Shown here piece after piece: positions 25,991 to 40,129 of a stretch of 64,000 nt of DNA; position 1 is the first letter of the stretch, and each line of letters opens with the position of its first letter. The notes under the pieces are model-generated. The model was given only the letters and a program-made list of their open reading frames with translations. It was not told the DNA's origin and made no database searches. This DNA is from Octopus vulgaris. Its lineage: Eukaryota. The stretch spans positions 119,226,001 to 119,290,000 of the forward strand of contig OX597818.1 in assembly GCA_951406725.2 (NCBI GenBank), written 5' to 3'. A program made the translations under genes and the position numbers.

Positions 25991-26872
25991 AATAACAAAA
26001 TAATCAAAAATGACAGAGAATACTGGAATTATTTCATATTTAGTGTGAAGCCCTGTTAGGTATATTAACCATTCTGACAACGTGCGTTTCCTCCGACATA
26101 TACTCTAAATGAAAATTCGGCTGCGAATGAAAATTCGTTTGGTGTCGATAAAGTAAGTACCAGTCAACTACTGGTTCGATGCAATCGAATTTCCTCTTCC
26201 CTTAAAACTGCTGGGGTTCACCGAAACATTTTGATATCATTTAATTAATATGGTATTTAGAATGACTCTGAAAGGAAACGGATGAACGGAAGAGAACATA
26301 AATATAGATCCTTTCGGAAAATTGCAAATGTTGTGAGACAGACCATACCGACAGAGAATTAGTAACAGGTAGTTTTTAAGATTACAAGTAAGAGCAGAAA
26401 GACAGAGTTCAATAATGGATTCCTAGAGAAGCAATATATATATCGATTTTCACAATGATATGGTGCCTGATTTTAGTAAACGTTCCCATTACTGAATAAC
26501 AGATGTTATTGGTTCCCCAACTAACCACAATAGATGAGAAATACGAAATATTTGTACCATAAGATATAATGGTTATGAAATATTCTTATGCAATGTTGTT
26601 TTTTATAACTTTTCACTTTTAGTAACGCTTTCTGTTTACAACTGCTTGCCAACGATTTGAGTTTGTAAATTTGCCAACAGTCATTTGTAGCTTACATATA
26701 CACACACACTCACACACTCACACACGCATACAAGCGTGAGGTCGGACGTTTAGAGTAGTTTCAAGCAATGATGTAATGAGCTGTATTTTCTCGCTAAGAA
26801 GAATCTTCAGCTTTGTTTTATTACTATTTTATCACCAATATATGCACACACACACAAACACACACACACACG

Positions 26873-26953
<81 letters not shown>

Positions 26954-28179
26954 AAATAAAAAGAAGACAACAAACAAAAATTTTCACATATATACATGTG
27001 TGATTTAAAAATGTGTGTAGTAATTAGACAAATGAACATATACTAAATACACAGGCCAACAGAAAATACAGAAGGTCACCAACTCCTCGTCAGTTATCGG
27101 CAAGAAGATCAAACGCAATTTCGGCCATTATCGATCATATTGCATCCTATCTGGAGGTGCCGGCAAGAAACTTGCTGGGAATGGGACCCAAGCATGACAA
27201 AACGAGATGGGCTCGCGACGTGACCATTGGACGGACGAGGGCCAAAAAATATAAACAAAATAAAGGTTTAGGGTCAAACGAAGACAATAATTAATAATAA
27301 TATTAATTAGTGTACAATAAATTTTTTGCTGGTTTGCACCAATATACATGCTATACGTTGCACAGTGCAACTGTACAATTACAAATCAATGCAGATATAG
27401 AAGGTTAACTCGTCAGATGGCCAAAACGTCATGACTACACCAATGCTTCAACTCTGTTGGTGCGCGCTTGCATCTGTGTGTGTATGCTCGGGTGTGTGCA
27501 TATATGTGTGTGTGTATGTGTGCATTTTTGTGCTTACTTTAATTTAAGGCACAATGCTTTGAAATTAAGCACCACACAACAGCCAGACCTTGAAGATGAG
27601 AATGACTGTTTTACACTTTTTTGAATTATCCCCCTTTCCATTATTTACCAGATTTTAATCTCACACATCTATAATGCAACAAATACCTTTTAGAATTTGC
27701 CCAATTTCTTAAAACAAGAAACGTGACATACTGTATAATTTTTATATTGGAAAATTATTCAAAGATATTTAGTTTTCAAGTACGTTTGAATCTCAAACGA
27801 GATGAAACGAATGAAAACTATTCCCATTAAATGTTGACCAAATTAACAATAAACGCATGCTGTGTGCCATTTCCCTCCACATAATGCATAATAGTGCGTG
27901 CTGTTGTCTTCGCGTAATTTCACGTAGAGGTTTTCTTCCATTTATTGGACATCGGATGCAACCGGACAAAAGTATTGGCGGCATATAAACTGGGATGAAC
28001 ACAGTTAGATATAACAACCGAATGTTTTAAAAGGAGACCATGCGTGGCTGTATGGTAAGAAGTATGCTTTCAAAGCATATATTTCCGAGTTTGTTCCCTC
28101 TATGTGGCAACTTGAGCAAGTCGGTTCAGTTGTAACCCTGAAAGAAGACTGCGTGTATGTATATACATATATATATATA

Positions 28180-28520
28180 TACCATTCTACCTAAAAAAAT
28201 AGATCTACAATTTCAATATCCCAACATATCTTCTATCTATTTCTTTCCTCCACCTCTCTATTTCTTTTCTTTTCTTTCCTCCACTTCACTCTCTATTTTG
28301 TATCACATCTAAACTAACTATGAATTAACCATCCTCTCACACCGTCTCCGATGAAGGGATATAATTAATAAATATCCTGGAAACAGCTGAAAGACCCTCT
28401 ATCTATAAATGTTCTAATATCTACACAGCCTTGGGTTTTTTTATCTCATTACGCAAAAAATTCTTATATACACACGCTGACATAGAACCAAGTTGAACCC
28501 TTTATTCGCAATATTACCGA
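28180..28520 (+). mobile_element. PLE-like terminal repeat fragment with a degenerate hammerhead (28344-28395)
   Basis: gtct CCGATGA A GGGATAT..ATATCCT G GAAA CAGCTG AA agac; follows (TA)n. Confidence 0.55.
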
Positions 28521-28629
28521 ATCTGGAACTTAACTATGGTCTGTCTATAGCACTTATTCAGCATTACCTGACACCTTTGGGTCTCAATGACACCATTATC
28601 TCTTATAATCTCAACATATATATATATAA

Positions 28630-28860
28630 TGTGTGTGCGCGCGTGTGCGTGTGAGTGTAAGTCTATGTGGTTGTAGGTGTCTTTGTATAAGTGTTCGTCC
28701 ACATCTTCCCTTGACACCTGGTAGTGGTGTATTTGCCGCACTGTGGCTTTGCCATTTAGTAACAGAGACTGGTAGAATAAGTGCTGCAATATCTTCAAGA
28801 CATTGTTCCATCATGGCCGCAGTCTAATGAGAAAAAGCAAGTAAATGATAAAAGAAAAGT
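28630..28860 (+). mobile_element. SINE family A, degenerate 3' half (5' part at ~28040-28150)
   Basis: cttgacacctgg..ggtagaataagtgct..catggccgcagtctaatga. Confidence 0.7.
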
Positions 28861-28994
28861 TATGTCGTCTTAAAAAAGAAAATGAAACGGGAAACAATGC
28901 CTGGAGACCTGAATGGATAGTATCCAGAATGACTGTCACAATATACTTACACGATCTACCGACTTAGTCATACATAAACAGCAACAACAACAGA

Positions 28995-29472
28995 GTCGAG
29001 GCGCAATGGCCCAGTGGTTAGGGCAACGGACTTGCGGTCGTAAGAACGCGGCTTCGATTCCCAGACCGGGAATTGTGGGTGTTTATTGAGCAACAACACC
29101 TAAGCTCCACGAGGCTCCGGCGTGGGTGGTGAAACCCGCTGTACTTTTTCACTACAACCTTCTCTCACTCTTTCTTCCTACTTCTGCCACAAAGCAGAGC
29201 AACCATGTTGTAACACACTATGGTATGGCAAATTTTCAGACCCTAGTCTAGATTGCGAATCCTCTGTACCCCAGGATGGTTCAACTCTCCACCCGTTAAA
29301 AGCCACCGTTTACAGAATGAGGATAACAACGTAGCTTTCGCCTCCGTGCAACCGCCAGTCTATCGCGTGTGGTGGGTGGCTCTTCAAGTTGCCACGTGCA
29401 TTCTTAGTAGGCTCGAATTAGAGATTATTCTTTTTTGGCTAATGGCGTGAGCCCTGATTGGAAGAAGAAGAA
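28995..29472 (+). mobile_element. SINE family C with tail type 2 ending (GAA)n, 13-bp TSD
   Basis: Family C head; TSD caacaacaacaga at 28982-28994 and 29473-29485. Confidence 0.92.
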
Positions 29473-29657
29473 CAACAACAACAGATGTGGGAGTAGCAGA
29501 TAAATGGGTTAATGAAGAACTACATATTGCAGAAACATGAAACTATAAATTGCAAGTTATTTAATATGGTGTTCTACTTACTTTAAACTCCCCTTATCAA
29601 GTGTTATGTAAAGAAAACAATTGACTATTTCTTTTGTTTAATATTCATCCTTACCAT

Positions 29658-30272
29658 AGGCGTCGAACTGGCGGAATCGTTAGCATGTCAGTCAAAATTC
29701 ATAGCAGCATTTCGTCCGTTCTGAGTTCAAACTTTACCTAGGTCGATTTTTGTCTTTTATCCATCTCGGTGCAGATAAAATAAGTTAGGCGCAGGGATGG
29801 CTGTGTGGTAAGTAGCTTGCTTACCGACCACATGGTTCCGGGTTCATTCCCACTGAGTGGCACCTTGAACAAATATCTTCTACTATATCCCCGAGCCGAC
29901 CAAAGCCTTGTGAGTGGATTTGGTAGACAGAAACTGAAAGAATCCCGTTGTATTTTTGTATATATATATATATATATATATATATGTTTGTGTGTCTTTG
30001 TCTCCCCAACATCGCTTGACAACCGATGCTGGTGTGTTTACGTCCCCGTCAGCTAGCGGTTCGGCAAAAGACAACGATAGAATAAGTACTAGGCTTCCAA
30101 AGGATAACTCCTGGGGTCGATTTACTCGACTAAATGCGCTGCTCCAGCATGGCCTCAGTCAAATGACTGAAACAACTAAAAGAGAGTAAAAGAGACCAGT
30201 TGAGCATTGGGGTTGATCTAATCGATTTATCCCCCCCCCCCACCGAAATTGCTGGCCTTGTGCCTAAATTTT
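29658..30272 (+). mobile_element. SINE family B interrupted by a full family A copy (29787-30194)
   Basis: The B sequence gataaaataagt|accagttgagc is split by the A element. Confidence 0.88.
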
Positions 30273-31839
30273 AAACGGATATGAATCCTAGCGGAAAGTA
30301 CACGTCTTTTGGGTAAGCAATTAGTTTCGAGTTAAACTTTAGTATTGATTATCCCAGTTTATAATATTTACGTTTCTTCTGTCTTTGAGACTTTCTGTTA
30401 GCATGCTAATTAACACAGGATTTTAAAAAGAAATTATCAATAGAGATAAATGTAGATCAGACCGTTTTACATCTTACATATTTAGGTGTGATAACGACGA
30501 GAGAGAACAATACACTATTCAAAGATTTAGTCTACAAAGCAATATCAGAGATTGTTAGCAAACTTTGCGTTAACAACATAATTGCTTAGATATAAATTCT
30601 TGTTTTACAGAATTCTTTTTCGCTATGTTTGCACATAATTCCGTTTCCCGCTCACGCATATGACGTGTGTTTGTGTGTATTTGCACACGTCATTATGGGT
30701 GACTGTAATGGCTGAACGTATGATCGGCTATCTGCCTAACCAAATCCGAATCTAGTAAATTATCTATCAATACAGCATTCTTTATAACCATATATTGCAT
30801 TGCTAAATAATAAATGCTTACATTCGTATAACTTTATATTTATCCGATAATCTTTCTATCTATTATCTATCTGAGTCCCAAACTAACCCACTATTTATCT
30901 ATATTACTATCTGACTGTATCTCTATCAATCTACAATACGTATCAATTTATCTGTGATTATATACAATATAAAAAAAAAGCTGTTTAATTTATTGTTCTC
31001 ATCATTATTCTGTTGGCGTTGTTTTGTGGGGTTGTTTGTTTTGTTCCGGGTAATTCCATCGTTTTTCGATATTTTTTTATGTTTTCTTTCCTTCTGTGAA
31101 TATTTATTTCCCCTCCCCCCTCCGTTCCTTTTGTTTCTTTTTCATTTATTTTCTGAATAATTTTTTTGTTCTTTTTATTCTCCAAACAAACTATTTATGC
31201 CAATCATTTGTATTATATACGACATTTCTTTGTTCATAAATAAACGACACAGCATCAGTCAATATTGTTTTTATCTAACTAGATGTGTCTGCTCTGTGTT
31301 GTCCAATTCCACGAGCCAGTAGAATCCCTGTAAGCTAGAACAAACTATAAATGTTTAGCCACAATTTCATACGACATTACTAACCAAACCTATTAGATTC
31401 GTATTTAATATTCTTAAATACCGATCGCTTACTGTTGATATATATCTACTGAAAGGTTTGGTGAAAAATGTCTTTGAAATGTGGTATTAGCAACTATCAG
31501 AAGAGCAAAGGATCAAAACTTATGTTGCATTATCATTTTTATTTCTTCTTTTCCTTTTTGTTTATGAATGAGTCAAATATATCTTTTATGGTTTAATTTC
31601 TACTTGCTTCAGTTATTAGACTGTGGTCGAACGAACCAAACACTAGTGTTGATGATTTTTAAACATCCAAAATGATGAGACCTATTTGTCATGAGAATTG
31701 ATTACTGTACAATGTCCCATGAAAAGCTAATTTAAATAGCGAAAACCGGTTGGATTTCCCGACATCCATATAAAATATATATATTTATAAAAAGATATTA
31801 AACTATATGAAACGAAGGCATTTCTCTTCCACTTTTTTA

Positions 31840-31880
<41 letters not shown>

Positions 31881-31883
<3 letters not shown>

Positions 31884-32060
31884 GGGGAGAATTCACAAAA
31901 AACAAAAGACGAAGACAGGTGGTGTAGACAACAAACAGATGTATTAGTATAATGCTCGGAAAGTGAAAATGTCATTAACGTTTCGAGCCAATGCTCTTCC
32001 ACAGAAAGGAACACAGAAAGAAACAAGGAGAGAAAATAAAGAGTGCGTAGCGGCTAGCAC
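31881..32060 (-). mobile_element. PLE-like terminal repeat fragment beside (TA)n
   Basis: Homologous to 22454-22632; minus strand CTGTGGA-A-GAGC attg GCTC-GAAA-CG-TT. Confidence 0.55.
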
Positions 32061-32106
32061 AATTTATTCGCGATCAGACTTGTTTGAAAACAGAGGTACT
32101 ACTGCA

Positions 32107-32124
32107 TATAGATAGATAGATAGG

Positions 32125-32198
<74 letters not shown>

Positions 32199-32211
32199 GA
32201 TAGATAGATAT

Positions 32212-32245
<34 letters not shown>

Positions 32246-32390
32246 GGGTAGGTAGATAGATAGATAGAAAGATAGATAGATAGATACATACATACATACA
32301 TACATACATACATACATACATACATACATACATACATACATACATACATACATACATACATAGAGAGAGACAGAGAGAGAGTGTGTGTGT
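32107..32390. repeat. (GATA)n(CATA)n(GA)n compound microsatellite
   Basis: Visible arrays; a degenerate (GT)n tract follows at 32811-33033. Confidence 0.97.
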
Positions 32391-33149
32391 TAGAAGTCAT
32401 GTACAAATATTGAATACTGAGAAAGGTTGCCAAAATTTTGGAAAAAGTATTTTTTTATTTAGTCATTATATTTTTTTAAATTTTTTGTGAGGGTCCAGGA
32501 CAATGGATATGAGAGATAGATAGATAGAGAGATGAGTGGAACGAGTTATACACAGTAGATAGAGAAAGAGGGGGAATGGAAGGAGGATCTCCCGTAATTT
32601 TGACTTCCATTCATTAATTTATTTGTTTATTTTTTAGTCCTTTACGATTCTATTGAAATGAGTCTAAGCATGGTGATCTCTCCTAGAATGGACAGCGGTC
32701 ATCACAGAGTGCATTTTTGTTCTTTTCTCCTTTTTTCCTTTTTTTTTCCTTTTTTCTTCTTTTTATTGAGGTATCAGAGGGAAGATAAAAGGTTCTATGA
32801 AAATTTAAATATGTGTGTGTGTGTGAGTGCGCATGTGTGTGCATGTGTGCGTGTGTGTGAGTGTGTCAGTGTGTGTGTGCGTGTGTGTGTTAGTGTGTGT
32901 GCGTATGTATGTGTGAATGCGTGTGTGTCTACGTGTGTGTGTGTGTGTGTGTGAGTGTGTGTGTGCATATGTGTTTGAGTGTGTATGTGTGTTTGAGTGT
33001 GTGTGTGCGCATGTATGTGTGGGTTTGTGTGTGCCTATAATTTCATGTCTTTGAAAATACGTTTATGTCTATACCGTGTAATTTCGATGTTTTGCATTGA
33101 AAAATAAATTCAGGTCTCTTTTAATTTCACGTTTTGCATTCGATGTAAC

Positions 33150-35100
33150 AATATAGCCAAAACCTACCAGAATTGGCGAAGAAAACCTAATCCTTCCCAG
33201 AAAATTTCATATTAAAGAAATAAGAGGTGATTCACCGGAAGAGACAACGATACTTGCGAACTTAGCTTTTTGTCGACTAGAAGCAGAAAGTTTTTCTTCT
33301 CCTATCGCAAAAAATACGACACGAAGAGAAACTAAGAAAATTTGATACAGTTATATTTGCTGAAATCGCCGAGCGGAGTGACAATCAATGTCGTGAAAAA
33401 CTGCAACAACTATGGAAAGAAGACACAAATGGGAAGAAGAAGAAGAAAAATTCATAAACATATGGAAAAAACAACAAGAGTGGTTCCCTAACAGTGAAAA
33501 GACAACTATGGAGAAAGATCCATTATGAAAACGAAACCACAACCACAAGAAAAAATACGAGGAAATCGAAAACAAACATAGACACCAACCCCAGAGGAAC
33601 CGGACTAAGGAATCGGATTTCTGGTTAACCTAGAGCATATGCGGAAATGACTTCCATTTCAACCCAGGTGCAGACTGGAAACCATATTCTGCAATATAAG
33701 GCGGCGAGCTGGCAGAAACGTTAGCGCGCTGGGCGAAATGCTCAGCGGTATTTCGTCTGTCGTTACGTTATGAGTTCGAATTCCGCCGAGGTTGACTTTG
33801 TCTTTCATCCTTTCGGGGTCGATAAATAAAGTACTAGTTTCGCACTGGGGTCGATGTAGTCGACTTAATCCCTTTGTCTGTCCTTGTTTGTCCCCTCTAT
33901 GTTTAGCCCCTTGTGGGTAGTAAAGAAATATATTCTGCAATACATTACAGTGCAATAAGCCAACATATGAAATATAGAAGATAACCATCAACCCATAATA
34001 TCAAACTTCCTAGATGGACAAATACGTGGGGGAAAAAGACATGAAAGACAAATAACATATAGACAACCACCAACCCGTAATACCATGCACGTTAGATGGA
34101 TGAATACATGGGAATAAAGACAAAAAGAATGCGGACAACACAGAAACTATAATATGAATAACCACCATGGTAACTAAAGAAGCCCACGATTTACGACCAA
34201 GAATCCCATATATCCTGAATGGCCCCCAGAATAAGGAAGATGGGAAGAAATCAGAACCCGTAGACAACGGAATTCGTACAATAAACAGGAACCCCGCTAG
34301 TCTCCGAGTGGCAGCAAACGTCATCGATGCAACCCCTATTTCTCTAACTTCTAAAGTAGAAAACCTATAGGACAGTCAATAAATTAAGAATATACTGTAG
34401 CCTACCTGGGAACTAGTACCCCGAAATCAGGAAATCGATACACGGTAACACGATTCCTTTTTTGGGAAGAAAATAATACAATCACGCACCAGACCCGACA
34501 CAGCACAAAATTGTAATGAATACACACAACATATAGACCCGAAGATCATACATTTGTCAAATAGAAACCTCAATAAGAGTGAAATAAACCCTCTATTGGA
34601 AAGCTTCGAGTTTACCCCGACACCCACCCTTAATCTCATTTAACTGAAATCTGATATTGAACATTTCAACTCCAACCTTCGACTTATCGAAGAAATAAAT
34701 CCCACTTCAACCCCTACGTGGAAAATGACAAATATTAAGATGCGTATATAGACACAATTTCAAACAAAACTTTCGTGAAGGAGAAAAGGAGGCCTTACAA
34801 ACACTGAAGAATGACAACTCAATCATCCTAAAAGAAATTGATAAGGACTACTATAGACAAAATATTGGAAATGTTAACAAACCAAACCTACTACAAGGAA
34901 GAACCAAGACACCCAGAAAAAGAAATAATGAATAAAATCAGAACACTAATCAATGACTACCAAGGTTCCTTCACAGACAAGGAGAAAGATTATATATGCA
35001 ACTCTGTAATCAAAGAGAGCAATTTCTACGGATTGCCCAAAGGTCCGAAATACAAAGTGCCATAAATAGGCAGAAGAACCAATATATAAAAATAATAAGG
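33150..35100 (+). mobile_element. Penelope-like retroelement remnant (N-terminal region to start of RT)
   Basis: Peptides HLSNRNLNKSEINPLLESFEFTPTP (~34551), EKEALQTLKNDNSIILKEIDK (~34780) and SNFYGLPK (~35020) match the PLE motifs NLS..F.PTP, ADKG and YGLPK. 5' limit uncertain. Confidence 0.8.
33697..33929 (+). mobile_element. SINE family B, full length, 13-bp TSD, nested in the PLE
   Basis: TSD atattctgcaata at 33684-33696 and 33930-33942. Confidence 0.95.
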
Positions 35101-35327
35101 CCTTTCTTGATGAAACGTTATTGGTTAAAAATACTCAGCTTTTCAGATTTTAAAACCTCTGTAACTTTTACCTCCAATTGTTTTCTCCAAGACATAATAC
35201 CTTCATATCAATGAGACTGAAAGATTACATTATTATAGCCGATTTTCAGATTTTTTACTTCCTTTTTAAAAATTCATATTTTGCAAATGAAAAAATAAAT
35301 AGATTCCTAATAATGAGTAAACAAGTG

Positions 35328-35675
35328 AATGGCTGTGTGCTAAGTAGCTTGCTTACCAACCACATGGTTCCGGGTTCAATCCCACTGTGTGGCACCTTGG
35401 GCAAGTGTCTTCTACTATAGCCTTGGGCCGACCAAAGCCTCGTGAGTGGATTTGGTAGACGGAAACTGAAAGAAGCCCGTCGTATATATGTATATGTATA
35501 TATATATGTGTGTGTGTGTTTGTGTGTCTGTGTTAGCAGTTCGGCAAAAGAGACCGATAGAATAAGTACTAGGCTTACAAAGAATAAGTTCTGGAGTCGA
35601 TTTGCTCGACTAAAGACGGTGTTCCAGCATGGCTGCAGTGAAATGACTGAAACAAGTAAAAGAATGAAAGAAACG
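35328..35675 (+). mobile_element. SINE family A (internal deletion)
   Basis: Head, body and tail match; a degenerate minus-strand head lies at ~35830-35985. Confidence 0.9.
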
Positions 35676-36804
35676 AAAAGTTGATAATAACAACAACAAT
35701 ATAGGTGGTTGCAGGCCTGAAATAGCATTAAAATTTATATTTATCATAAGGGTCTTCTGTGCCCTTAAGATAAATCTAAATGTGTGTGTGTGCGTGTACG
35801 TGTGTGCATGTGTCTGTGTGTGTGTGTGTATACAACAGGTTTTTCCAATTACCGTCTACCAAATCCAAATCCACAAACGAGGCTATAGTAGAAGGCACTT
35901 ACCCAAAATGGCATGCAGTGGGAGTGAACCCTGAACCATATATTTGGGAGGCAAAGATCTTACCGCACAGCTACGCCTGCGCCTATAAATTGAGATTTTG
36001 GTTTCAGTGCATATTTAAGGTCATTACCTCGATATAGGCACATAAATCTGGTTTCTCGGATTTTGTGGTGTATATGTTCGACCCTACACTCTACTCATGT
36101 TTACCACCTAAGTGGACAGAAGCGTGGAATGAAATTTTATACTCACAAACACAACGCTTCAACCAGACTGGGAATCAAAACCACAATCTTACGATCATAA
36201 TTGAAACACCTTTCCCACCAATCTACTCAACTCCACAAGTAAGTAACTGCTATATGCATATAACCCAAAACGATATTCTCCTACATTATCTTTCACAGTC
36301 AAAACATTTTATACACCCAATGTCCATCATTGCGGTTTTACTCGAGCCAAATCTGACGGGAACTTTTGTCCGCTCTGACTCATTTGTAGTCTCTTTGCTC
36401 TTGACAAGATCAAAGGTGTGATATTGATTCTCTGACGATAGCAGTGTCTTAGACTGTGACTGGTATTAGAAACTATTTATTATAAAACCTGGTTTTGCAT
36501 TTTTAGGATCTGAAATTTGCTGTTACAAGGCACTCTTACTGCGCGTCCAGATCCTCCTTTTATCAACACTTTTCTACCCCAACTTTCGTTAACGCCTTAC
36601 TTCGGTGTATTATTGATGCATTTGCCACAGATTCTTAGAACATGACCCCTTATGTAGATCACAAACGCTGCACCTCTCCTTACGTGATCCTCTCACAGCA
36701 TCTTCTCTACACATCTTCACCCCTAAACCGCGGAGTTCATTAATTGATATTTTCAAAATTCTACATGGTAAGACTATCATGAAAAGTAAGTGAATATATA
36801 TAAA

Positions 36805-37195
36805 GGGGCAGGAGTGGCTGTGTGGTAAGTAGCTTGCTTACCAGCCACATGTTTCCAGGTTCAGTCCCACTGCGTGGCACCTTGGGCAAGTGTCATCTTC
36901 TATAGCCTCGGGACGACCAAAGCCTTGCGAGTGGATTTGGTAGACGGAAACTGAAAGGAGCCCGTCGTATATATATATATGAATATGTGTGTGTGTGTGT
37001 GTCTTCTGTGTTTGTCCCCCCAACATCGCTTGACAACTGGTGTGTTTACGTCCCCGTAACTTAACGGTTTGGCAAAAGAGACCGATAAAATAAGTACTAG
37101 GCTTACAAAGAATAAGTCGATTTGTTCGACTAAAGGCGGTGCTTCTCCATGGTCGCAGTCAAATGTCTGAAACAAGTAAAAGAGTAGAAGAGAGT
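36805..37195 (+). mobile_element. SINE family A, full length
   Basis: ggcaggagtggctgtgtggtaagtagc...tgaaacaagtaaaagag. Confidence 0.93.
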
Positions 37196-37622
37196 ATATT
37201 TACGGCACTCTTCGATTGTAATTTTTATTGGGAGGGGTTAACAATGATCATAGATTTTGTAATTGTATAAAGGAAACTAAAAGCCCTTAAGAAAAATAGA
37301 TTGTTTTAATGTTTGCCTGCTTGGCAACTCTTTGCATTGATGTAACTCTTTGCATTCATGCACCTCTTTGTATTGATGCAACTTTGTCTGTCGTTTAAGA
37401 GTCCAACATCTTGGTACCGATTCTATGAAAATGACATAGAAAACACATCAACGAGAGGGTAACAATACTGTTAAATCCAATGTATATTCAAATGACTATC
37501 TCTCTCCTTGCGTTCCCCACTCGTGTATAGCGCGCTACTAAATCCCTCCAGCTCCTCTAAATTTTAGGACTACAAATTTCTTACAGACTCAGATCTACAT
37601 GTTTAATTTCAACTGCATGAAT

Positions 37623-37732
37623 CCCGCTAGTCTCCGAGTGGCAGCAAACGTCATCGATGCAACCCCTATTTCTCTAACTTCTAAAGTAGAAAACCTATAG
37701 GACAGTCAATAAATTAAGAATATACTGTAGCC
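37623..37732 (+). repeat. Exact 110-bp duplicate of 34293-34402
   Basis: cccgctagtctccgagtgg...aatatactgtagcc is identical at both positions. Confidence 0.95.
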
Positions 37733-40032
37733 AAAAACATTTCAGAATCTGTGCAAGTCGTTACTGCATCTCTTTCCTTATCAATCAATTAGTTGTTGAT
37801 ATGAATCGAATGACACGGCCATCATATATAAAAATAAGTAGAAATAATGCTTTGTTCTTTTAGGTTACTTTTTACACAATCGATATCTTAGTGATTTGGT
37901 GATTGCAGAAACTTTATTCTCCACATCTTTATCATGACAGATTTGTTCAGTGTTCCTTGGGGAAAAATGGAAAATGAAATAAATAATCTCACTAACGTTT
38001 GTTTTCTCAAGTCTATGACATGATTTTGCTGGCCCAATTATTTTCCATTTTGAGAAGATGATATCTATAATTATTAGATAGAATATTACTTTGCCCGTAA
38101 AGAATTTTTCTGTTACACCTACACAACCAATAATTTTCTATTGTTTTGTTTTGTTTTGTTTTTTTTTTGTTGTAATTCTACTGGTCTCTTCAATCCACAG
38201 ATTCCTACAAGCCAGTTCTTTGTTTCTACGTTATTTAAATGACAATTTCGAAGGAAATTCAACCTACGGATTTCGGAAAAATTCAACCGCCTCAGAGACA
38301 CATTTGGTATGCTTAATCACTTGTCTGTTGATATTTATAACGATAACCACGATGTCAAAATTATTTTGTAATTTAAGTTATAGAATGAGCGAAAACAGCT
38401 ATTATAAGCATATCATTTCAATTCTTCTTATTTAGGTTACATGAAATGTTTTTTTGCGTGAAATACGTATGCAGTGCTCCGTAATGTCGAGAAAGTTCAA
38501 ATTGTGGATTAAATGAAGCATCCGTATGTGATTCTTATCTGCCTGCCACATGCATTAAAGAATCGGGATAGTTCCAATGAAAGTTTTTGTAAACTACTGT
38601 TCGTTTCTGTACTAAAATGTCACTATTGTCTGTTTGCTAAATTTATTTCTAGATTGAATGTGTTTCTGTCCACTTGAATCAATTAACTCGCCATTATTCT
38701 GCTTTCTTGAGAATCAAATAAGTTGTTCCTAATGAAACAAAATATCAATAGAACGCACTTTTAAGTTGACAGAATTGCAGGAAAGTTATATATTACGGTT
38801 AGTCAAGTGAGATCTCTATCAGAATGTGGTATGAACGATTCCCATTCAGGAAGCCTATTATGCCCTTCGGCAAAACATTTTGTTTCACACTGTTCCGGCA
38901 AAAATCAGTTTGAAAATTGACGGAATGTCCAATTAACGTCACGTTAGTGTACTAACATGAACGAGTCAGTCATACAGCCAGATACTTTCGACTTTGAAGT
39001 GAAATACTTCCAGTGGTAGACTCGATTTTTAAAAAGTTACACTTTTTCTACCATGGAACTAAATAATTTGAAGCAATTAAATATGCCCTTTAGTTCCAAA
39101 TTCAAATTCCGTATTACATGCATTTTGGAATTGAGGACAAATTTGCTTTTCTTCTGTCCGGGTTCGTTAAAAGTAAGAGTCACGTATTAGAGTGGATGCT
39201 AGCAATTAAATCATTCCCTTAAAAACAGCTGACCCTGCACCGAAACTACTTCCAGTCGAGTACTGGGGTCCATGAAGTCGGTCAAAACTCTCCTATAAAA
39301 TCTTCTGGCCTTGTACCTAAATCAGAAACCATTAATATATCAGTGACAATACAATTGTCTGTATCCTACTACTACACCAAATGATTATAATTCTGATTAC
39401 GAAAAATTAATTATTTAACTGGTTTTCATCAATTCTTTTACGTGCAATAAAATTATTTTTAATGAATTGTTCAGCACTCGTAGTTCGTATATATATATGG
39501 TCTACTAGTGAGCGACCCCTTTAATTATCAGCTAACAACTTGTTTTAAGTTTTCCTTTAACAAACCTCGATATTGCTTCTAATAAATCTTGATTTTTATG
39601 ACTATACCAACTATGATGTCTGTCTGCTCCCTCAGCCCTACCCCTAACAGATACTGCCCTCTGTTCTCTCAACCTTAGATTTACAAGGGAGTTGATAAAC
39701 TAGTCTATAAATTAAAACTGACCCCATAAAAACAGTAACAGGCAGAGTTTGTAACAATGTATATCTTCTTGAAAATTCTGTAACTTCTAAATTGAAGCGA
39801 GACAGCATGTGTCTATCTCCTTAACTTCTCGGAGATTTTAGGTATAATTATACTAATATGTCCATCTGTTCTAAATTTATTAAATTCTATATCTTTGTGC
39901 AGCTAAAGATTGCTCTGCATTTTAAATTGATGAAATGATTACATTGTTCAATTAAATGGAGTTGCATGAGACGATCGTGCTGAATTACCTCTGGATATCC
40001 TTGTTACTTATTTTGACGATATATATATATAC

Positions 40033-40129
<97 letters not shown>

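Noticed and set aside
30821-31326. Possible minus-strand non-coding exon (acceptor-like site at 31327)
   Set aside because: Splice-like motifs alone are too common in AT-rich DNA.
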